DNA from: Alphaproteobacteria bacterium
Lineage (GTDB): Bacteria; Pseudomonadota; Alphaproteobacteria; UBA7985; JBMYWL01
Assembly (NCBI GenBank): GCA_049607365.1
Contig: JBMYWL010000001.1
Location: forward strand, 4,188-36,980
Length of the DNA: 32,793 bases
Reading direction: 5' to 3'
Position numbers and translations under genes: made by a program. Position 1 is the first letter of the stretch; each line of letters begins with the position of its first letter. Shown in pieces: positions 26,389 to 32,793 of the stretch. Below the pieces are notes generated by a model. The model ran no database searches. It worked only from the letters and a program-made list of their open reading frames with translations, and was not told the DNA's origin.

Positions 26389-26429
26389 GACTTGTTTTGG
26401 TCTTAGACCAAAACCGAGAAACGGATTCT

Positions 26430-26472
26430 AAAAAACCATTCAAGACATATAAGTTTCGAGTGGTTTTTTTTT
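26430..26472. terminator. bidirectional intrinsic terminator between convergent rpsT and radC
   Basis: An 8-bp stem (AACCATTC / GAGTGGTT, including one G-U pair) has a 16-nt loop. It is flanked by AAAAAA upstream and TTTTTTT downstream. A second perfect 9-bp hairpin (GTTTTGGTC-tta-GACCAAAAC, 26394-26414) lies just after the rpsT stop but lacks a U-tract. Confidence 0.65.
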
Positions 26473-26474
26473 GC

Positions 26475-27164
26475 CTAAAGCAATCCAGAAGATTTGAAGG
26501 ATGTGTGGCCAGACAACCCAATAATCAAATGATCATGAAGTTGAATGTTCAGTTTGGATAAGGCTTCGTGTACCAGTTTGGTCATTTGAATATCAGCCTT
26601 AGATGGGGTCGGATCACCGCTTGGGTGATTGTGAACCATTATGATCGCCGAGGCATTTAATTCCAATGTACGCTTAACCACTTCACGCACATAAACTGGT
26701 GTGTGATCGACTGTACCCTTATTTTGAGGTTCATGTGCAATAAGCGTGTTCTTTTTATCAAGAAACAGAAGGTGAAACTCTTCAACTTTCCTGTGCCCCA
26801 ACTCCATACGACACCACTCAATCAAGCGATCCCATGATGCCATGATTGGTTTGGAAATCAATTGGGCTTTGGCCAAACGCCGCGCAGAGATTTCTGCAAT
26901 TTTTATAGCGCCTATCGCAGTCTCACTTAAACCAACATTCCTTAGCTCATCGGGTGTAGACGCCAAAACAGCACTGAAACTTCCAATCGTTTTTATGAGC
27001 TCTTTTGCTTTGGGTTTTGTATCAGCGCGGGGGTAAGCTTGGAAAAGCAAAAACTCCAACAACTCATAGTCTGCCAGCCCTTCTCCGCCTGTTTCGAGCA
27101 TCTTAAGACGCAATCTTTGACGATGCCCTGCATGAGGAGATTTGACAGCCGCTACTTTAGACAT
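26475..27164 (-). CDS. radC: RadC-like JAB/MPN-domain protein
   Basis: The start is set at ATG 27164 (MSKVAAVKSPHAGHRQRLR...), giving 229 aa. It has an N-terminal HhH-like region (LADYELLEFLLF) and the JAMM motif HNHPSGDPTPSKADI. The ATG overlaps the map stop by 8 nt. Confidence 0.85.
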   Translation of the reverse strand: MSKVAAVKSPHAGHRQRLRLKMLETGGEGLADYELLEFLLFQAYPRADTKPKAKELIKTIGSFSAVLASTPDELRNVGLSETAIGAIKIAEISARRLAKAQLISKPIMASWDRLIEWCRMELGHRKVEEFHLLFLDKKNTLIAHEPQNKGTVDHTPVYVREVVKRTLELNASAIIMVHNHPSGDPTPSKADIQMTKLVHEALSKLNIQLHDHLIIGLSGHTSFKSSGLL

Positions 27165-27960
27165 AAGGGAATTTTGTATAACCTTTGGCTGAGGCTGTGA
27201 AAATTTCAAACCCATCCGCCGTCACGGCCAATGAATGCTCATATTGGGCTGATAGTTTTTTGTCCTTCGTCACAGCTGTCCAACCATCTGCGAGTAAAAC
27301 CACGCCCTTTTTACCAACATTGATCATGGGCTCGATTGTAAAGAACATACCTTCTTCCAAAACCAACCCTTCACCGGCTTTACCATAGTGAACGACGTTT
27401 GGTGGTTCGTGAAATTTTTGACCAAGTCCGTGGCCACAAAAATCTTCAACGACAGAAAAACGCTCACCTTCGGCCTTTGATTGTATCGCATACCCAACAT
27501 CTCCCAAGGTCGCACCAGGTTTTACAGCTTCAATACCCAACATTAAACAATCGTATGTCACGTCCATCAACCGTTGCGCAAGCCTGCTTGTTTTGCCAGC
27601 GGCATACATGCGACTTGAATCCCCATGCCAGCCATCGACAATAACGGTCACATCAATGTTTAAAATGTCACCATTTTGAACCCTTTTGTCACCAGGAATT
27701 CCATGACAAATGACGTGGTTGATCGAAATACACGTAGCTTTTGGGAATCCTTTATAGTTCAACGGCGCGGGTATGGCGCCTTTATCCAAAATATAAGCGT
27801 GACACAGATCATTAAGTTTCCCCGTAGAAACACCAACATCAACAAAGTCTGTAATGTAGTCCAATACCTCGGCTGCTAAGGCACCAGCCTTACGCATGCC
27901 TTCATAATCTTCAGAAGGGTGGATTGGAACTAAGTGGCCACGTCTGTCTTTTGAATTCAC
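27157..27960 (-). CDS. map: type I methionine aminopeptidase
   Basis: 267 aa. It has the metal-ligand segments NIDVTVIVDGWHGDSS, GHGLG, FTIEP and YEHSL. GTG start at 27960. Confidence 0.93.
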   Translation of the reverse strand: MNSKDRRGHLVPIHPSEDYEGMRKAGALAAEVLDYITDFVDVGVSTGKLNDLCHAYILDKGAIPAPLNYKGFPKATCISINHVICHGIPGDKRVQNGDILNIDVTVIVDGWHGDSSRMYAAGKTSRLAQRLMDVTYDCLMLGIEAVKPGATLGDVGYAIQSKAEGERFSVVEDFCGHGLGQKFHEPPNVVHYGKAGEGLVLEEGMFFTIEPMINVGKKGVVLLADGWTAVTKDKKLSAQYEHSLAVTADGFEIFTASAKGYTKFPYV

Positions 27961-28143
27961 GAACTTATAACCTAAGCAATTAGCATTTGTTGAGATTGTT
28001 GTTCTTCATATAGCATGCACCCTCAATCGAACAAGCATCCATAAGAAGTAGCCGCTGATATACAAAACAAAATCGGCAAAACCTTTACAGACAAACCCAA
28101 TAGGCACAAACTAAGACAAGCTTCCTTTTTCAAGATGATCCCT

Positions 28144-28932
28144 ATGTCAGACCAAAATGAAACGGCCGCATTTCTAATTATCGGAAATGAAATTTTGTCA
28201 GGTCGAACACAAGACAAAAACCTGAGTTTTCTTGCACATGAATTAAATGAAATTGGCATCACGTTAGCAGAATGTCGTGTTGTGAGAGATGTTGAAGACG
28301 AAATTGTTTCAGCCGTCCGACAACTCAGCGCGACCCATACGCATGTGTTCACATCAGGTGGCATTGGTCCGACGCACGATGATATAACCACAGCGAGTAT
28401 AGGCAAAGCATTTGGTGCAGCAGTGAACCAGCACCCTGAAGCTCTCAGGGCCTTGAAAGAACATTATGCTGGTACAGACATTGAATTGAACGAGGCACGG
28501 TTAAAAATGGCAATCATTCCAGATGGTGCCTCTCTAATTGATAACCCTGTTTCGAAAGCACCTGGGTTTAAACTTGCGAATGTCCATGTCATGGCCGGTG
28601 TCCCCAGAATATTTCAAGCGATGGTCGACCAGGTATTACCAGAGTTGAAACATGGAAAACCCACATCATCAATTTCGATTTCTGCCGCTGTACGGGAAGG
28701 GGACGTTGCTGAACCCTTAGCAAAACTACAAGCACAATTTCCAGAAGTTGATTTGGGGTCCTACCCCTACCACAGAGACGGTGAACTTGGAACCAGTCTA
28801 GTTGCGCGTTCAACCAACATAGAAATCTTAAAGCAGGTCGAAGTGTATTTAAAAGAAATCGTTGAATACTTGGGCGAACAACCATTTGAAACACGACCTG
28901 AAGGAAAAGATGGTTATGAACACGCATCGTAA
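28144..28932 (+). CDS. CinA-family N-terminal-domain protein (MoCF/COG1058 type)
   Basis: The start is ATG 28144 or 28135. [15 protein letters not shown]...[15 protein letters not shown] is the molybdopterin-binding-like CinA N-domain signature. No C-terminal PncC deamidase domain is present. Confidence 0.8.
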   Translation: MSDQNETAAFLIIGNEILSGRTQDKNLSFLAHELNEIGITLAECRVVRDVEDEIVSAVRQLSATHTHVFTSGGIGPTHDDITTASIGKAFGAAVNQHPEALRALKEHYAGTDIELNEARLKMAIIPDGASLIDNPVSKAPGFKLANVHVMAGVPRIFQAMVDQVLPELKHGKPTSSISISAAVREGDVAEPLAKLQAQFPEVDLGSYPYHRDGELGTSLVARSTNIEILKQVEVYLKEIVEYLGEQPFETRPEGKDGYEHAS

Positions 28933-29722
28933 GCTGTCTCAGCGGGCTATCACACCGTCGGGGAAAACCTTTGGGTTTGTCTGCAGCAATTCTGAAAAGG
29001 CCATTAAGGCCCACAAAAACCTGATTAAGACCTATGGGGAGACAGACCCTACCTGTGCTGACATTATCGTTGCGATAGGCGGTGACGGGTTCATGCTCGA
29101 AACGCTGGATAAATATGGAGCGGAAGGGACACCTATATTTGGAATGAATCGCGGCACGGTCGGTTTTTTGATGAATGGGTATCAAGTTAAGGAACTTGCT
29201 CAACGATTGGACAAAGCGGTTCCCATAAAACTTCACCGTCTTCAAATGCGCGCGACCACTGTGACGGGAGACGTATACAAATCCAAAGCTATTAACGAAG
29301 TTGCACTGCTGCGTGAAACACGACAAGCTGCACACCTGAAAATCTCAGTAGACGAAGTAGAGCGTTTGGATTGTTTAATCTGTGACGGTATTTTGTTGGC
29401 CACACCTGCAGGAAGTACGGCCTATAACTTGTCAGCGCATGGACCAATCATCCCCTTGAGCGCAAACCTCCACGCTTTAACGCCAATCTCTGCTTTCAGA
29501 CCAAGGCGTTGGCGTGGCGCTTTATTGCCTGAAAGTGCGAAGGTATGTTTTGAAGTTCTAAACCCTGAAAAACGGCCTGTGTCCGCGACCGCTGATGGGT
29601 TTGAAGTTCGCGACGTTGCAAAGGTTGAAGTTGAAATTGACAAGAAGCAGTCACTTAACTTGCTTTTTGATCACGACCATCAGTTGGAAGAAAGAATTTT
29701 AAGGGAACAATTCATCCCTTAA
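28910..29722 (+). CDS. nadK: NAD kinase
   Basis: It has the GGDG motif ([10 protein letters not shown]), INEVAL, and [22 protein letters not shown]. The start is ATG 28910 or 28916, after AAGGA. It overlaps the cinA-like 3' end by 17-23 nt. The ORF-track TTG at 28862 is unlikely to be the real start. Confidence 0.88.
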   Translation: MVMNTHRKLSQRAITPSGKTFGFVCSNSEKAIKAHKNLIKTYGETDPTCADIIVAIGGDGFMLETLDKYGAEGTPIFGMNRGTVGFLMNGYQVKELAQRLDKAVPIKLHRLQMRATTVTGDVYKSKAINEVALLRETRQAAHLKISVDEVERLDCLICDGILLATPAGSTAYNLSAHGPIIPLSANLHALTPISAFRPRRWRGALLPESAKVCFEVLNPEKRPVSATADGFEVRDVAKVEVEIDKKQSLNLLFDHDHQLEERILREQFIP

Positions 29723-29727
29723 GTTTC

Positions 29728-32043
29728 CTAAAAAGTGCGGTGTAGCTTAATACCAACGTTTGTCACCAAGTCAGCATCTGCATCGTGTTTATTATGACGC
29801 GTAATACCCGCTTTAATTCCAACGCTGTTGCTAACGCCGTTTTCACTATTAAGGATTAGGGTATAATTAAGCTCTGCGTCAATCTGGCGACCTTGTGGCG
29901 CTAGAGATACGGCTTCATTTATGACAGTGATGTTTCCATCTATATCCCGCGCCGTTGGAACACTCAAATTTGCTTTACCTGAAACAATTCGAAGCGGTTG
30001 AGAGACAGAAAATGTTAACTTGTCTGTCGCGCCCTTAAGTTTACCAGCGAAGCCATTTGAAAAAACATTTAACAGCTTAGTTTGAGAAGTTGCCATTGCG
30101 ACTGAGAAAGCCTCACTTTTCAAATTCGAAATCGAGCTTACTAAACCCATGCTTTGTGCCCGACCTTGTGTATGGCCGCGGCTATAGCTAGCAAAAAGAT
30201 TAACATTTTTTGTAAGGTTATATTTAGCTGACATACTCGCAAAGTTGGTCACATTGTTCCCTTGGAATGCAAAGGCACCTTGACTGTAAGAGTTTAACAA
30301 ACTTCCTCTTTCAAACATTTGGCCAGCATTGAAAGACATGCGGAATTTTGGCGAAAACTGGTAATCGGCCTCAACAGAAGCAACCATTTGAGTGGTATCG
30401 CTTCTTAAAGAAGTCACATCAGATGATAATGATTTTCCGGTTGTTAATCCATAGGTCGCACGCAAACTTAGTTTTTTTCCAAACTTGCGGGTCGCCGACA
30501 AACCCAGGTCACCGCCTGCAAAAGACATATACGGATTTTCCAAAGCGTGGCGTGCAGAGATTTGTTTGATTGATTTCGCAACTGATTTATCCATTGCGGC
30601 CAAACCAACATGTTGAGACACGGGTTTTCCAACTGATGCTTCCACTTGTGTCGTATCGCTAACAACCGAGGTCAGTGCGAAAAAACCACCATTGGAGTTC
30701 ACTGTTCCAGCATCCACCCATTTTTCAGGCGCATTACCAAACTCCAAACTGGTCACTGGGCTTAGGGATGTGAAGCTTGTGCTTTCAACGGGTGAAATTT
30801 TCATCCACTCAATCAAATCTGAATCCATTTCATGATGGCTAACCTTGGAAGCCAGATCAACTTGGTAAGCGCGATCAAACTCATCAAGTGCCATTGTAGA
30901 CTTTAAAGCAACACTATTTATCAGCGCGCTAGAGAAAGCCGGGTCAAAGATTACATTTGTATTTGAAGCAGTACCAAAGGAGCCGGTGTCGATTGCTGCA
31001 CCAGCGGGAATATATGCAGCACCGTATGGTGTTAAGGCATTTTCTACGTCTAATAAGCCGTGGCCGTAAATATCATCAATACCTGCGTCACCCAAATCAC
31101 GCGCTGTTGTCAAAAGAATAGTCGCAATTTCATTTCCGGTTAAATGCGGCGCGTTTTCCTTTAGCAAGGCCGCGGCACCAGCGACAAGAGGCGCTGCGAA
31201 TGATGTACCACTTTGATTTATAACTGAACCGTTTGTCGCTAAGGCAGCAATGCCTTCGCCAGGTGCCACCAAAAAGTGGTTTTTAGAGGCGCCGGCTTTG
31301 TTTGAAAAGCTAGATATAACGTTATTGCTATCAACAGACCCAACCGAGATAACTTGTCCAGGTCCAGTAAATGCCCCCGCATAGCGTGCCGGATATTCTG
31401 GGTTATCGAAGCCGCGGTTTCCGGCAGCTAAAACAAACAACATTCCGTCATCAACACCAGCGCTCATTGAATCAATAAAGCCGAAAGAAGGGGCCCTTGA
31501 TCCGGCAATACTCATGTTTACAATGTCTGCATTCCGTAAAATGGCATAATCAATTGCCATTTTCAATCGATCTGACGTAAAGCTACCAACTGGATCGTCG
31601 GCTTTGATTGCCAAAATATTTGCGTTGTAAGCAATTCCGGTCATACCCAAGTTATTACGAGCGGCCGCAATAACACTTGTTACGCCCGTTCCGTGACCAA
31701 CTTGGTCTGTGACATCATCAGTGTTCGTAACAACAGATTTACTGTGCACAGACACAACATCAGAAAATTCGCTTAAGCTAGAATTTAAACCTGTATCAAT
31801 AACGGCTACAGTAACGCCCGTTCCCGTGATACCCATGTTATGAGCATGATCAGCGTTTACGGTTTGAATGACTTGTAAGTTGGAACCTGCGGTATAGGTA
31901 CTTGATGACGTACTGCCCGACCCGTTTGAGCTTCCTCCACCAGTACAAGCAGAGACAGTGGTCAAAGCCAACAAAAGCGCACAGCTTTTTACTTTACCAA
32001 CAACAAGCAAACGCTCTTTAATTAGATCAAGTTTTGTCAACAT
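29728..32043 (-). CDS. subtilisin-like (S8) serine protease autotransporter, lipoprotein-type signal
   Basis: I prefer the start at ATG 32043 (GGTGGA SD). An alternative ATG lies at 32115. The signal peptide has a lipobox (LALTTVSAC) followed by a G/S linker. The catalytic residues are D (VAVIDTG), H (HGTGVTS) and S (SGTSFAAPLVAG). The C-terminal ~280 aa show alternating beta-strand character and end in ...KLHRTF, with the terminal aromatic residue typical of autotransporter barrels. Confidence 0.85.
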   Translation of the reverse strand: MLTKLDLIKERLLVVGKVKSCALLLALTTVSACTGGGSSNGSGSTSSSTYTAGSNLQVIQTVNADHAHNMGITGTGVTVAVIDTGLNSSLSEFSDVVSVHSKSVVTNTDDVTDQVGHGTGVTSVIAAARNNLGMTGIAYNANILAIKADDPVGSFTSDRLKMAIDYAILRNADIVNMSIAGSRAPSFGFIDSMSAGVDDGMLFVLAAGNRGFDNPEYPARYAGAFTGPGQVISVGSVDSNNVISSFSNKAGASKNHFLVAPGEGIAALATNGSVINQSGTSFAAPLVAGAAALLKENAPHLTGNEIATILLTTARDLGDAGIDDIYGHGLLDVENALTPYGAAYIPAGAAIDTGSFGTASNTNVIFDPAFSSALINSVALKSTMALDEFDRAYQVDLASKVSHHEMDSDLIEWMKISPVESTSFTSLSPVTSLEFGNAPEKWVDAGTVNSNGGFFALTSVVSDTTQVEASVGKPVSQHVGLAAMDKSVAKSIKQISARHALENPYMSFAGGDLGLSATRKFGKKLSLRATYGLTTGKSLSSDVTSLRSDTTQMVASVEADYQFSPKFRMSFNAGQMFERGSLLNSYSQGAFAFQGNNVTNFASMSAKYNLTKNVNLFASYSRGHTQGRAQSMGLVSSISNLKSEAFSVAMATSQTKLLNVFSNGFAGKLKGATDKLTFSVSQPLRIVSGKANLSVPTARDIDGNITVINEAVSLAPQGRQIDAELNYTLILNSENGVSNSVGIKAGITRHNKHDADADLVTNVGIKLHRTF

Positions 32044-32596
32044 TTTCCACCCCAGAACACCCGAGTTGCCAATGATACATTTGGCAACGTTAAACACAGT
32101 TTCCTCAGCGAACATGTTATTGGTTGTCGCTGTGTCACTGGAAGATTAAGGGCGTTCACCTATTAGTTGCTTATTAACTAGAGGTTTATTCGTGCAATGG
32201 AAGACATTGTTACTCAGAACCCACATATTTTACATAAAAATTGTTTTTCTTTGGCAAATTGCACAACATAGAGTGTTTGGATGAAAATGCCGTTGTATTT
32301 TAGGTGATATTTACGAATCTGGTAAACACGCAACATATGGCAAAACACAATTGAACAATCCGTTTTAAATCTATGTTTAGTATTGATAAATATGAACTAT
32401 CTTAAAGCCTCACCCTTGTTCGTTGAGCCTATTGTATGCCGTAGAAATCGGGTGAAAAACGTAAGTGTTGGGCAAAACCTTCATTTTATAGCTCATGAAT
32501 GTGCAACCCTTGCCTATCAACATCGCCTATAGTTTGATAAACGCTTAAGGTGTATCTGATAACAACTAGCTTCAGCGGAAATCCACGGACACCATT

Positions 32597-32793
32597 ATGG
32601 ACAAACATTCAGTTTCAAAAGTCGTACTTGCCTACTCAGGGGGGTTAGACACCTCTGTTATCCTTAAATGGCTTCAAGTAGAGTATGACTGTGAAGTTGT
32701 TACCTTCACTGCGGATTTGGGTCAGGGCGAAGAACTTGAACCAGCACGTGCCAAGGCAGAGCTTATGGGGGTCAAAGACATTTTTGTCGAAGA
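32597..32793 (+). CDS. argG: argininosuccinate synthase, 5' partial
   Basis: [48 protein letters not shown]... carries the [12 protein letters not shown]-pyrophosphatase motif. It runs off the window end. Confidence 0.92.
   Translation, partial: MDKHSVSKVVLAYSGGLDTSVILKWLQVEYDCEVVTFTADLGQGEELEPARAKAELMGVKDIFVE

Noticed and set aside
28023-28406. 127-aa minus-strand ORF overlapping the cinA-like 5' region and the map-cinA spacer
   Set aside because: It overlaps the conserved CinA N-domain coding sequence on the other strand. It has no SD and no recognisable features. The spacer is better explained as divergent promoters.
28589-29335. 248-aa minus-strand ORF spanning the cinA-like/nadK junction
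   Set aside because: It is antisense to two motif-supported genes. The composition is Arg/Phe/Leu-rich and implausible, and no SD or recognisable domain is present.
32252-32263. TGGCA-aat-TGCA resembling a sigma-54 -24/-12 element upstream of argG or the autotransporter
   Set aside because: The spacing between GG and GC is only 5 nt instead of about 10. It is just a short GCAA-a-TTGC palindrome.

Overview
This window looks like a chromosomal, mostly housekeeping segment of a moderately AT-rich alphaproteobacterium. That assignment rests on the ChvG/ChvI two-component pair, the gltD-before-gltB order, an lpxK-waaA-DUF374 block, and solitary rpsD and rpsT genes.

I support about 27 protein-coding genes:
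- **Left edge:** a truncated pdxJ remnant and a small secreted protein.
- **Signalling:** rapZ, chvG and chvI.
- **Lipid A/Kdo:** lpxK, waaA and a DUF374 acyltransferase-like gene.
- **Peptidases and exported proteins:** pmbA, a pip-capA-like pair, and a divergent pair made of a membrane-anchored hypothetical and an exported DUF3131-like protein.
- **Glutamate synthase:** gltD-GNAT-gltB.
- **Other genes:** a LysR regulator followed by ctaA, an OmpA-like lipoprotein, rpsD, a proline-rich bactofilin, rpsT, map-radC, cinA-like-nadK, a lipoprotein-type S8 autotransporter, and the 5' end of argG.

Several intrinsic terminators are clear.

I see no CRISPR array, transposase, integrase, phage gene, toxin-antitoxin pair or recognisable defence or secretion island. 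I therefore cannot honestly point to a convincing new multi-gene system.

The observations most worth a second look are:
1. A GNAT gene translationally wedged between the two glutamate synthase subunit genes.
2. A RapZ homologue with a non-canonical Walker A, placed directly after chvG where other alphaproteobacteria carry hprK and PTS-Ntr genes, next to gene remnants.
3. An orphan terminator plus about 220 nt of structured non-coding DNA between lpxK and chvI.
4. The uncharacterised divergent pair at 11.3-13.9 kb.
5. A recurring intergenic AAATTTAC/GTAAATTTAC motif.
6. Unusually long non-coding gaps upstream of rpsT, rpsD, the OmpA-like gene and argG.

All functional calls come from reading motifs by eye. 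No searches were run.
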